Part shown: one piece after another, positions 51,791 to 64,000 of the stretch
Numbering within the stretch: the first letter of the stretch is position 1
How the letters are laid out: each line of letters starts with the position of its first letter
Assembly (NCBI GenBank): GCA_964016885.1
Contig: OZ024756.1
Coordinates: 7,006,001 to 7,070,000 of the forward strand
From: Eledone cirrhosa
Taxonomy: Eukaryota
Direction: 5' to 3'
DNA: 64,000 bases
Translations under genes and position numbers: made by a program
Notes under the pieces: generated by a model
Seen by the model: the letters and a program-made list of their open reading frames with translations, nothing else
Database searches by the model: none
What the model was told of the DNA's origin: nothing

Positions 51791-53899
51791 ACTGATAATA
51801 TTGAAACTCTACTTCGGTATTGAGTAATCTTTTCTCTCATCCATCAACTACATACATATATTTGTGTGTGATTGTGTGTGCGTGTGTGTTTATATGTGTA
51901 TGTGTGTGTGTAGTGTGTATGTGTGTGCATGTGTGTATGCGTATGTGTGTGTGTGCATGTGTGTCTGTGAGTGTATCTCTCTGTGTGTGTATGTCTGTGT
52001 GTGTGTGTATGTATGTGTCTGTCTGTGTTTGTGTGTATGTGTACACGCCAGTGTTGCGTATATTTGCACCTTTTCCATTTACCAAATTTCCCTCAAAATG
52101 GTTCAGTTGATAGGAAGTTGTAGCAGAGATCAGCCATATTGTCACAGCCAATGTGATATAACTCTAAAAAAGACCCACATAACTTCTACATGATCTTCTT
52201 CGTCACAGTTATGTCTGCTTCGAAAACATACCCAGCTTATTGAACATTTCAGTGTAGTATCCTATCTATTCGGTGCAGCATCCAATTATGTGTTTGCTAT
52301 GTTTACAATATACAGAGTCTTATCATCATACTGTGATAGAATCATTTAACAAGCACATCCTTTCGTCTTTATATTACTTTTCATAAAATTGTTTTCAGCC
52401 CACTCGAAAACAATTATATTTAATAACAATAAACCTCCGTTGTTAGTATCCTGTCAATTCTCAATTGCTGATTCTCTGCTTTATTTCATGTTCAGCTAGA
52501 AAAATCTATATTTTATAATCAACTACACTCAGCAATTGCTCTATTGTTGTAGATTTGAAAACAATATGGCATTATAACAAGATTGACTTATATTTCTTCA
52601 AAAAGAAACAAAACACAAGAGAGTCGAAACAAAGGAAATGTCTGCTGCCCTTTAACGTATTTTCTCTACGCCATGAACTCGAACTCCACCGAGGTCAACT
52701 AATACTAAAGCTAGTTTATTCTCTTGACTATTTATATTAAATGGCTTCTTACATAAAGAAGGTTTCGTTATTGATTTACAATTCAGGAAAATTTAATCAT
52801 GTGTATAAGAATACTCGTTCGTATTTTAAACATCTATTGATTATACTGAGTTCGTCTGTAACCCTGTAAATATTTATGGTTTTATTTTCATATTGAAGTG
52901 AAATCTATAAAGAATAATAAAGCGATAAAAGATTAGATTTTTAACATCGTTCAAAATATCAGCACTTAAAATCTAATTCATCTGTGAAGGCAAGGCTTAA
53001 ATATATATTTGTTTTAAATCTTCACCATGATTGATTTGAATTTCAGATCATTCAGTATTTGTGGGGAATGTTACAAGAAATATTTGGCCCCATATTTCGT
53101 CGAACTAATTTGCAATAAACGCATACTTCTCCATTGTTTTCAGATAGAAACCCTGTATACCTTTAGATTTCCAAATTATTTGTGAAAGGCCATCAACATT
53201 TATATGCCAAAGTTTATTGCTCACAACGCTCTTCGAATATGTGTTGTAATTAATTATTGTTATAAATATGTTCTTCCTTAGTCGTCAAAATAAAACATGA
53301 TATAGGAGATATTTTCCTGAAAGCTTGGTATGTAGTGCTTCTGTTTGTTTTGTTATTTTGTTCTTTTTTATGTGAATATCTACCATTTTTTGTGAAGACA
53401 GGTTTCACTGAAATTCCACTCGTCACGTGACGTCTACAAATCTTAATGAAAGTTCCTTATGTCTAGTATTGACAAATACGACGGCCATGAATATTTTCTT
53501 TTAAAGACTGCAAGAACTGTTTGTTTGTGAGAAAATCATTCTAAAAATATTACTGTCTTCTGTCATGACAAGATGATACTGAAATCCTGATAAATTATAT
53601 TGTTTATTTCACTGAGCTTACATCTTCTATACGACCATATTATCACAGACAATATTGACTTCACAATAACAACAGATTCAGTAATTAAACTAACGGGTAT
53701 TTTATTTCTGGGAATAAAGAATTGCATTTTTACTAAAATCGAAAAATACGAGATTATCAATAATATTTTTTACCTAATCGGTTTTGTTATATTCTTTAGG
53801 TCACCATTTTACAATCTCTCATAATATCTAGCACATCATACCTACCAAAAATTCATTTCTGAATATTATAATACAATGTTTGACTTATTTTAATCGATT

Positions 53900-54345
53900 T
53901 CGGACTTATTTGGAGACTAACGCCTATGTTCTTTAAAGCCACAATTGAAAGTATGTTAAGTCACGAGTCTAAAGCATGGACGCTTAATAAAACCTTCGAA
54001 AACAAACTAAATGGATGTTACACGAGACTCCTGAGACAGGCTTTCAATATATATTGGTGATAGAGAGTCACAAATGGAGAACTCTATCTAGATAGTCCTC
54101 CCGTGTCGGATATTGTTTGTCTAAGATGGATTTGTTACAGAGTAAAACACTAGTGTGTCAGCCATTTTGTTTTATGGAAGCCTGCACACAGTCATAGAAG
54201 TAGAGGTCATCCTGCAACAACGTATCTAGATATGGTATGTGATGACATGGGAGAAATTTCACGAAACTTGGGTCAAAATGCTAGATCGAGAGAAATGGAA
54301 AGAGTACGGTCATTGGATCGAGGAAACTCGACTCGTGAGTGATTG
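53900..54345 (+). mobile_element. RTE-like LINE 3' fragment
   Basis: FFKATIESML..AWTLNK..LNGCYTRLLR..TNGELY..LWKPAH..RGHPATTYLD. Confidence 0.75.
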
Positions 54346-54507
54346 AGTGGGTCCTGCAACAGATGAGTATCTCATTGAATCAACAAGAAAATACCTAAGA
54401 TGTTTATATACCTTTGTAGTAGTATCCTGAAATAGACGTTTTATTAACGCTTGTGTTAGTAAGGAATTATTATAAGCATTATATATATAATATCTAAGTG
54501 CACTTAC

Positions 54508-54555
54508 CTGTACTGTGTATTTTCTTTGTTGTTGTCATAAGCATCTCACCCGCGT
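54508..54555 (-). other. Candidate 48-nt symmetric exon
   Basis: TTTTTTTCAG acceptor and CAG/GTAAGTG donor; phase 1 reading AGEMLMTTTKKIHST. Confidence 0.4.
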
Positions 54556-54701
54556 CTGAAAAAAATTAAAACATTGATCAACGTGGCTATAACAGAACCA
54601 TTCCAGTTAAGACACGAAAGTGTATTTCCAAGAGGTGGCTGAAGAGGAAATAAATGCTCATATTTGTGTTTTATGTCCGTTTTTAAATGTGCTCATTTGT
54701 T

Positions 54702-54776
<75 letters not shown>

Positions 54777-54804
54777 ATTTTCGCTCTACATGGTTGAATA
54801 CAAT

Positions 54805-55042
54805 AAATGTAATCTGAGTTTTTCGAATATTAATAATAATATTCGATTCGTTTGATATTATGCAAACAAGCCTCATTTTTAAAGCCATGTCAGTAGAATG
54901 AGCCCCTCATTATTGATGCTAACACGAAAGCAAGAACGAGGGGCTCATTCTACTGACATGGCTTTAAAAATGAGGCTTGTTTGCATAATTGCAAAGGAAT
55001 CGAATATTATTATTAATATTCGAAAAAACTCAGATTACATTT
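54805..55042. repeat. Near-perfect inverted repeat (about 105-bp arms) in a TA tract
   Basis: 54805-54909 inverted against 54937-55040. Confidence 0.75.
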
Positions 55043-55052
55043 ATATATATAT

Positions 55053-55739
55053 ATACAAATATAAATTATCGAGATTCGCATTTCGGCCCACGAAATAACG
55101 AAAAACAACCTCCGAGATGTGAGGCAAGTGCTCAATGATTCAGATGAACCAGAGCTATAACAAACGTTAAAGGCCAAACACACTGAGACGATGATTAAAC
55201 AATCATTCGCATAGCCAAAAAAACGATCAAGTAATTCGGGTATTGAAAATTTACCCGGACCCCTGGAACGTTGGTAAAATCCAGTACTTGGGTTTCTGCG
55301 GCTCCTAAATCAAGTACCGTCCGCTTACATAAATAATGTCAGGCTTCTGGTAAGATGATTGAACAAGGAAGCTACTTTCTCAACAGGTTTTAGTTCAATG
55401 TTAATACAAGGACTGACTATTGCTGACACCACGTGGGGATAGGCAAGGGAGGCAGCCCCTATATCAGGCGAATAAATTCAGTTGTTTATATTTTTGCAAG
55501 AATGCAAAAATATCACAAATCGAATAGAGTTCTCAACAGAAGGGTTAAAATTAACATAAACAATTCATCAGTCAATAGAATCAACTAAAAAATCAAGAAA
55601 ATTAACTGGTCAATAGCTAGAGTCTGGAGATTAATACAAACATAAATGATCGAGATTCGCATTTCGGCCCACGAAATAACGAAAAACAACCTCCGAGATG
55701 TGAGGCAAGTGCTCAATGATTCAGATGAACCAGAGCTAT
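55053..55739. mobile_element. Terminally redundant non-coding unit (581-bp period) in TA tract
   Basis: 55053-55158 repeated at 55634-55739; no complete hammerhead found by eye. Confidence 0.55.
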
Positions 55740-56311
55740 ATATATATATATATATATACTGTATATGCCTGCGCCCAAGTCGGTCCGGTGCATGGGCCGA
55801 CCCCTAAATTCGGAGGCGTAATTCAATTTTAGACCGACATTCGCCGTATAAGACCACCCCCAAGAAATAAGGCAGTAACGTCTCGCCAGCCCAAGTTGTG
55901 CTTAACATTCTTTATTTGGACAAAATATAAAACATGGAAATAGACACTAAATAGTTATGAAATATAAATTCATGTGATAAAAATATAATTTGTAAAAGTT
56001 ATATTACAGATAATAATTAGGGTAGGTGGTGTATAAGGAATGTTAAGGAAGATCAACTGTTGTGAATGGCAGGTTTATAGGGCGATACGATAATAATTAG
56101 GGTAGGTGGTGTATAAGGAATGTTAAGAAACATCAACTGTTGTGAATGGCAGGTTTATAGGGCGAGACATTTTAACTTTCGACTAGTTTTGTTTCTTGGT
56201 GAAATTACTGTAGATTTTCCGATAGCTTAGACAATCCTATGACACTTCTTCTAAAACACTTCAGTCGCAAGTGAGTGCTAACTCACTGAGTAAACCACCC
56301 TTGCTTTAACG

Positions 56312-57297
56312 AACCTATGGCAACCTACCCTATCGTAAGCTACCCTACGGTACCCTACCTATGGTACCCTACCCTATAGTAACCTAACCTATGGTAACCT
56401 ACCCTATTGTATTTGTAACCTACCCTATGATAACTAACCCTATGGTACCCTACCCTATGGTACCCTACCTTATAGTAACCTACCCTATAGTAACCTACTT
56501 ATGGTAACCTACCCTATGGTAACCTCACCTATGGTACCCTACCCTATAGTAACCTACCCTATAGTAACCTACTTATGGTAACCTACCCTATGGTAACCTC
56601 ACCTATGGTAACCTACCTATGGTAACCTACCCTATAGTAACCTACTCTATGATACCCTACCCTATGGTAACCTAACCTACAGTAACCTAACCTATGGTAA
56701 CCTAACCTACAGTAACCTACCCTATGGTAACCTACCCTACAGTAACCTACCTATGGTAACCTACCCTATAGTAACCTACCCTATGATAACCTACCCTACA
56801 GTAACCTAACCTATGGTAACCTAACCTACAGTAACCTACCCTATGGTAACCTACCCTATGGTAAACTACCCTATGGTAAACTACCCTATGGTAACCTACC
56901 CTATAGTAACCTACTTATGGTAACCTACCCTATAGTAACCTACCCTATGGTAACCTATCCTATAGTAACCTACCCTATGGTAAACTACCCTGTGGTACCC
57001 TACCCTATAGTAACCTACCCTATGGTAACCTATCCTATAGTAACCTACCCTATGGTAAACTACCCTATGGTAAACTACCCTATAGTAACCTACCCTATGG
57101 TAACCTATCCTATAGTAACCTACCCTATGGTAAACTACCCTATGGTAAACTACCCTATGATAAACTACCCTATGGTACCCTACCCTATGGTAAACTACCC
57201 TATGGTAACCTAACCTACAGTAACCTACCCTATGGTAACATATCCTATAGTAACCTACCCTATGGTAAACTACCCTATGGTACCCTACCCTATGGTA
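56312..57297. repeat. 14-15-bp minisatellite GGTAACCTACCCTAT, about 65 copies
   Basis: Direct reading. Confidence 0.95.
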
Positions 57298-57334
57298 TCA
57301 CTGCCATTGATTACTTTGATGCTGTTGCCTGTAC

Positions 57335-57470
57335 AGTTTGATGTCATCTCCAGAGATTCTGTTATTGAAATCCAGGACTTGGCAACGGCAATGAACGACA
57401 GACCCACGTGGAGATCAATTGCTGAGTCGATTTCGGCTGAGGCTGCCGGATGATGATGATGGTGATGATA
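57335..57470 (+). mobile_element. RTE-like LINE extreme 3' end with (TGA)n tail
   Basis: DVISRDS..DLATAMNDRPTWRSI followed by TGATGATGA. Confidence 0.6.
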
Positions 57471-58172
57471 TGTAGCAAAGCAAACTTTGACTTTCATACT
57501 TCTGATGTCGATAAAATAAATTACCAGTAATGCACTGAGGTCGATAAAGCGACTTTCTCCTTCCCTCAAATTGCCAGCCTTTTGCCTAAATCAGAAATCG
57601 TTTATAATCAATTAAATACCAAATACTATATCAAATATATTTATCGAATCACTATTTTCATGAATGCTATGTGTGTGCAGCAAGGACTTGAATATATACC
57701 AGTTATTGCAAATAGACAAACACAGCACACACTAGGGAGATGCCGTTCTTTTAACTTACCTATAATATATATGGCTTTCAATGTAGAAATTCAAAACATT
57801 CTAGAAACAGTCTACTAGTTAAATATGCTAAAACCTGTTACCTGTATTTGATATGAAAAGATCATTTCCATGGAAGCATAAAATCAAAACGATCCTTTGA
57901 GATTAAAATTGTGTTATGTTCTCTTTTCTAACTATTAAACATCTTATTCGTATATCTAGCTATCAGCTCTGAAGGTAGTCATTTCCCTGCTCTCGTCTCA
58001 GGGGATCAACTCCAAAAATGAATTTACTTTTCCAGCCATCTCTCTATTTGTAAGCATAGCTCAATCTAACAACATATAAAGTCCCTTGCTACCCTAGACA
58101 AGTAGAACATATATATATATATATATATATATATGAATAAACGAAAGATAAATACGTTATATCATCTCTATT

Positions 58173-58247
58173 TATTTCATCTATATTTCGAAGATGTTTT
58201 GCTTTGTGTTATACATAAAAATTTACATGTCCTCTTCAGAAAAAATA
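58173..58247 (-). ncRNA. Type I hammerhead-like motif
   Basis: TATTTTTT-CTGAAGA-GGACATGT..ACATCTTC-GAAA-TA-TA-GATGAAATA, inside a TA-flanked insert. Confidence 0.55.
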
Positions 58248-58323
58248 CATAGGAAATGTATAATTTTTTCCATAATATACTGGTAGAAAATTGAGCTGGA
58301 CAGATCGGTAACCACCAAACATA

Positions 58324-58354
<31 letters not shown>

Positions 58355-58477
58355 ATGTATGTATGTATGTATAATTTCTGCATATATTTCTTCTTTTGTT
58401 AACGAAACACACACAGAAACGTTGTTCGAAACAGATTTTCAAACCAATAAATTTCATGAGCAGACTCAAATTAAAAT

Positions 58478-58845
58478 ATTATTATTATAATTATTGTGCT
58501 TTGACTCTCAGTCATTGATGTTATTTAACTGGAAAGTTTGTTGAAATGAATATCAAGCCACTACCTGCTGCCTCAGATATTCAGGACGTATCGCAGAGTT
58601 CTTGCTGTTCCCAGCAAGCATGCCTTTTTAAGTGTTCCAAAAAGCAGGGCTGTACTAATCTTCTTTAACCATCCCTGGAAACTCTTTGAGATAGTACTTA
58701 GTGCGCCTATGACAATCGGGAAGACCTTGATTTCATGGCAGTTCCAAACCCTTTTTAACTCCCACTTTAAGTCCTGGTATCGGTTAATGTTCTCCCTCTC
58801 CTTTTCTTGCAATCTCGTGTCAAATGGGCAGGCTACATCTACAAT
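58478..58845 (-). mobile_element. R4/Dong-like non-LTR element 3' end (restriction-like endonuclease)
   Basis: IVDVACPFD..KE..RYQDL..PIVIGAL..KACLLGTARTLR; (AAT)n-like tail. Confidence 0.8.
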
Positions 58846-60344
58846 CGGGCACGAGAAGAAAGGGCTGTGAATCGGCAATATCGGTAGAACATCGGACACC
58901 ATGCTTCGTGGCATATAATTATCTCCCTTTACATCCCGAGTTCAAATGCCGCAGATGTTAACTTTGCCTTATATTCGTACGGGGTCGATAAAATAAAGCA
59001 CCAGTAATGCATGGCTTGTGTTTTGTATTCTTGAGCAAAACACTTCATTTCATGTTGCTCCAGTATTCTCAGCTGAAAATGAGTACCAGCAATAGATGGG
59101 AGTTTAGACCTGCGATGGACTGGCGTCCTGTCCAGGGGGGGGGGGGGGGGGGGTCTTGTACTCTCAGTCCCTTAATGCCATTGAAACCGGGATAAATACC
59201 GGCTTAATGAGCCTCTAGGCTTGAGACAGTCTTTAGATTTGAGAGAATGCATTGGAGTAGAATTAATCAACTTTTTCCTCCTCCCGAAATGCTGTCCTTG
59301 CGCATCATTGAGAAACAATTGTTAGGAGATAAGAAATCATATTTTGACAGAGATCTGTGTTATTTGTCTTCTGATATTCTGTCTAAAAGTTCGTTATTAA
59401 ATAAACAGGTAGAATGTGGGTTTTATTAAGAGGTAACACTTATTTGTATTAGACAAAGTCACGACTGTTTAAGGAGTTCAGTTTACAAATACCTGCTTTA
59501 CAAATACCTACAGTCTAACTTCTTGGCATGTCTGCTGTTGTCTTAGGTTAACCGGCCAACTCAATCGTATATGTGCCTCTATGTATGGCTGTGTGAGTTT
59601 GTGAGTGTGTATGTGTCTGTTTGTGTGCGCGCGTGCCTATGAGTGTGTATGTGCGTCTGCGTGAGTGTGTGTGTGTGTGAGCGTGTCTGTTTGTGTGTGC
59701 GCGTGCCTATGAGTGTATCTGTGTGTATGTGAGCGTGTCTGTTTGTGTGTGTGTGAGCGTGTCTGTTTGTGTGTGCGCGTGCATATGAGTGTGTCTATGT
59801 GTATGTGAGCGTATCTGTCTGTGTGTGTGTGTGTGAGCGTGTCTGTTTGTGTGTGTGTGTGCCTATGTGTGTGTATGTGTGTATGTGAGCGTATCTGTGT
59901 GTGTGTGTGTGTATGTGAGCGTGTCTGTTTGAGTGTGCGCGTGCATATGAGTGTGTCTGTGTGTATGTGTGCGTGTCTGTGTATATGTGAGCGTGTCTGT
60001 TTGTGTGTGCGCGTGCCTATGAGTGTGTATGTGTGTATGTGAGCGTGTCTGTTTGTGTGTGCGCGTGCCTATGAGTGTGTCTGTGTGCATGTGAGCGTGT
60101 CTGTGTGCGTGTGTGTGTGAGTGTGTCTGTTTGTGTGTGCGCGTGCCCATGAATGTGTATGTGTGTGCGCGTGCCCATGAATGTGTATGTGTGTGCGTCT
60201 GTGCATGTGTATTTACGTTCAAGGTATGTTCGTAACCCGTAACTTAGTAGTTTGCCACGAAATATCGATAAAATAAGTACCAGCCTTGAGAATAATAAGA
60301 AAGTGCAGTTGGTATGATTGTCTAAATTCCTTCGTTGTCGCAGT

Positions 60345-60730
60345 CTAATCAGTGGAACCTATAAACCAGCCACATCATCTTCGCACCGGCCCTCGTCGAG
60401 ACCCCACGTGTACTTGGACCCTGTACTGTCGAGCTCCTCCGCAAGATCTCAACGTCGGCGGCCCTCCTGACGAAGGAGCCCCACGAGGTGGGGTGACTGT
60501 TGCAGCGGGTGTCTCTTTTGCAGTCTTGTCCGCTGGGCACAGACAGCCACATTAACGCCGCTCACTAGCCCCAAAGCATTCATCCTCTCCCCCCCCTTCT
60601 TCTGTGACACTAGAGCCCTTGCTATTCCCTCACTTTCCCTATTTTACATGCCATTCTTTCTTCTCAATCTAAATGTTCTTTCTTGTTCTATTACATCATG
60701 GAAAAGTCTATTTGGCCATTGAAGAAATAA
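60345..60730 (+). mobile_element. Decayed CRE-like non-LTR element 3' end
   Basis: Reads IFAPALVETPRVLGPCTVELLRKIS..EPHEVG*LLQRVSL, resembling the CRE pattern F.P.AVET.G..G...L.QR.S. Confidence 0.55.
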
Positions 60731-61239
60731 ATGTAGGAATGTAAGAATTTAGAGGATCTGTTTCTGTTAAAAAAACATTGCAAATGTGTTTTTCTTTCTA
60801 TTTCCATCTAAACCTTTGTCTTCTTATCTTAGTTCAAGAAATATTAGATGAACTATTACTTTAAGGTTTTGACCAACGCCATATACCTAGCGTGTGGCGT
60901 TGGTCACCTTAAACGTACATAGCGAAAGGCCTTCAAATGTTTTCCATAAACATCCCGCATATTCTTCAATACACAATAGGCAGGTAGGTACGTACGTGTG
61001 TGTGTGTGTGTTTTCAGAGCAGAAATACAATATTTTCGCATATTTTCTGTCTAATAGAAATTAATAGTATCTAACGAAGTATCAAATATCAACTGAAGAA
61101 GCATGACTCAGTTATAAAATATGCCACCGAAACAAGGATTAACACCAGAGAGCCTCTATTGAGCAGACTAAGATCAAATGGGATCTAGCCATGACTATCC
61201 CATTTTTTAATCATATATATTTTATTATATCTACGTCTA

Positions 61240-61740
61240 GGTCGTTGGATTGGCAGTATCGGTAGAGAGTCGGAAGCCATGCTTTGCAACATAGAGTTAC
61301 GGCCCATTGCGGTTTGAGTTCAAATTCCGCCGAGGTGAACTTTGCCTTTAATCCTTACGGGGGTCGATAAAATAAAGTATCAGTAATGTACTGGGGTCGA
61401 TTTAATCGACTTTCCCCTCCCACCAAATTACTGGCCTTGTGACAATACTAGAAATCATTATATGTATGCCTGAATTGGCAGTATCGGTAGAGGGTTGGAT
61501 GCCATGCTTTGATGCATAGAGTTACGGCCCTTGCCATTCTGAGTTCAAATCCCGCCGAGGTTAACTTTGCCTTTCATCCTTACGGGGTCGATAAAATAAA
61601 GTACCAGTAATGCACTGGGTAATTGCTGGCCTTGTGCCAAAAGTAGAAACAATTATATGTATGCCTACATATAAAGTACCAGTAATGCACTGGTAATTGC
61701 TGGCCTTGTGCCTAAAGTAGAAACAATTATATGTATGCCT
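61240..61740 (+). mobile_element. Tandem SINE family A copies with duplicated tail
   Basis: Copies at 61240-61462 and 61472-61656; tail duplicated at 61670-61740. Confidence 0.8.
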
Positions 61741-62559
61741 ACGTTAGCCTATGTTAGTCTTGTTTTATTATATACTACAAAGAGTAATTTAAGAGAGATA
61801 TTTGGTTGCTATTTCTAGCATACTTCAATTGAGCCTATGATCAAATGTATTCCAGCCATGACCATCCCATTTTTTATTCATATATATTTCATTATATCAA
61901 CGCCTACGTCAACCTATGTTAACGTTGTTTTCTTAAATACTATTTTGACTGTTATTTCTAGCATGGTGATTAAAACACCTAGGAGCACTCCTCCCCCCGG
62001 GTCTCGCTAGACCGCCACCTTAATATATGTCAGTGTTGAAAATTGCTATTGATCGGGTAATTATTGATCAAGTAATATTTGTTTAGTATTTAGATGTGTT
62101 TATCTATTTTATGTTTGGAATATTGTGCTGGGTTATGAAACTTCCTGTGGTTAGTTGCGTGATTATAGCTAATTATGGCGGTGTCTATCACCTCATTTAT
62201 TATTTAGTATTTGATATCAATTTATTACACAGTTCCTCGGTTATAACAGTGTACTGAATATCTCCAGCCAAGATATTCCTATGTCTGTAGTGAGTGTTGT
62301 TATAATCAGGAGTGGGTGTATATAGTATTTAAAGAAACACTGTAAACATCCTCATACCTCTACATATGTTGTATGGCTGAGAATATATATATATGTATGT
62401 ATTTATGTATGTATTTATGTATGTATGTGTGTATATATGTGTATGTATGTATGTGTGTATATATGTGTATGTATGTATGTAAGGTATGTATGTATGTATG
62501 TATGTATGTATGTATGTGTGCGTGTATGTTATCTCTTTCTCTTAATTTCGAGTATATTT

Positions 62560-63025
62560 TCTTCACCGGCCACCTTCCTGGTGGCAAGGTTGTAAAAGAA
62601 AAGAAATTATCATCCCTTGAATCGCAAGAATGTTTTGCAAATTTTGAAGGTGCCAGCTATCGCAGCCATTTGTAGACTATGAATTAGGGAGCTGCGCTCT
62701 TTGTCCACAAATCCGAGTTCAGTCATACTTTGGTCCAAGCGGGTTGGTATATAACCTGTATGTATGTCAACATATTTTTGGTAAATATCATCTTGGTTAA
62801 GAGAGTGGGACTGGCTTTGTGCAGTGCCTTTGCTCACTATAAAAGCTTCACGGCACAGGCATTGCTTTATATCTGGAGATCTCTCTGCACTTGTCGTCAC
62901 ATGGTACAATGGGCCCAGCACTATGTGTCAATAATTGTCACAAGTGTAGTGTTTGTACCAGAGTTTTCAAGTCGTTGGCTGGACTAAAAAGTCACACTCG
63001 TTCAGCGCATCGGCAGGGGTTCTCC
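62560..63025 (-). mobile_element. Decayed R4/Dong-like 3' fragment
   Basis: C-terminal LQMAAIAGTFKICKTFL. Confidence 0.55.
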
Positions 63026-63159
63026 TACATGGATATATAGAATGTATGTATATGGTTTATGTATGTACGTATGTATATTATGTATGTATGTATGTATGTG
63101 TGTATATATGTTTGTATGTACGTACGTATGTATCTATAGTATTTATGAATGCATGTATG

Positions 63160-63233
63160 TATGGAAATGTATGTGAGTATATATATATGTGTGTGTATAT
63201 ATCTGTATATGTATGTGTCAGTATATATACATG

Positions 63234-63264
<31 letters not shown>

Positions 63265-63841
63265 ATATCTGTATATGTATGTGTGAGTATATATACATGT
63301 GTGTATATATATATCTGTATATGTATGTGTGAGTATATATACATGTGTGTATATATATATATCTGTATATGCATGTGTGATTATAGATACATGTGTGTAT
63401 ATATATATCTGTATATATGTATGTGTATTTATATATACATGTGTATATATATATATCTGTATATATGTATGTGTGAGTATATATACATGTGTGTATATAT
63501 ATCTGTATATGTATGTGTGAGTATGTATACATGTGTGTGTATATATATCTGTATATGTATGTGTAAGTATATATACATGTCTATATATATCTGTATATAT
63601 GTATGTGTGAGTATATATACATGTGTATATATATCTGTATATGTATGTGTGGGTATATATACATGTGTGTATATATATCTGTATATGTATGTGTGAGTAT
63701 ATATACATGTGTGTATATATATTTGTATATGTATGTGTGAGTATATATACATGTATATATATATATCTGTATATGTATGTGTGAGTATATATACATGTGT
63801 GTATATATATATCTGTATATGTATGTGTAAGTATATATGCA

Positions 63842-63894
<53 letters not shown>

Positions 63895-64000
63895 GTATAT
63901 GTATGTGTGAGTATATATACATGTATGTACATATATATCTGTATATGTATGTGTAAGTATATATACATGTGTATATATATATCTTTGTATGTATGTGTGA
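63160..64000. repeat. Microsatellite-derived 40-46-bp tandem repeat
   Basis: ATATCTGTATATGTATGTGTGAGTATATATACATGTGT units with variable TA length. Confidence 0.85.

Noticed and set aside
56917-57453. VTYPM pentapeptide-repeat ORFs
   Set aside because: The array has many 14-bp frame-breaking units; the unique tail is a LINE 3' end

Overview
AT-rich, microsatellite-laden eukaryotic DNA; the SINE and microsatellite content suggests an octopus or other cephalopod (inference). No intact host gene is recognisable. The window is dominated by Penelope-like retroelements (PLEs) sitting in (TA)n tracts: one apparently intact Naiad-like element (737-aa RT + GIY-YIG ORF, 9055-11268, with direct and inverted pseudo-LTRs), a decayed sister element (about 37.8-42.4 kb) and a 5'-truncated Neptune-like element. 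There are also many short non-coding fold-back or terminally redundant modules. Read by eye, these elements carry about 20 type I hammerhead ribozyme motifs from roughly 10 sequence families on both strands, most with palindromic stem III. Also present: tRNA-derived SINEs, RTE-, R4/Dong- and CRE-like LINE 3' fragments (one with a twin-priming-type inversion), Helitron remnants, mariner-type MITEs, four minisatellites, and scattered minus-strand exon-like pieces resembling a decayed fibronectin type III gene. All folds and coordinates were derived manually, so boundaries are approximate.
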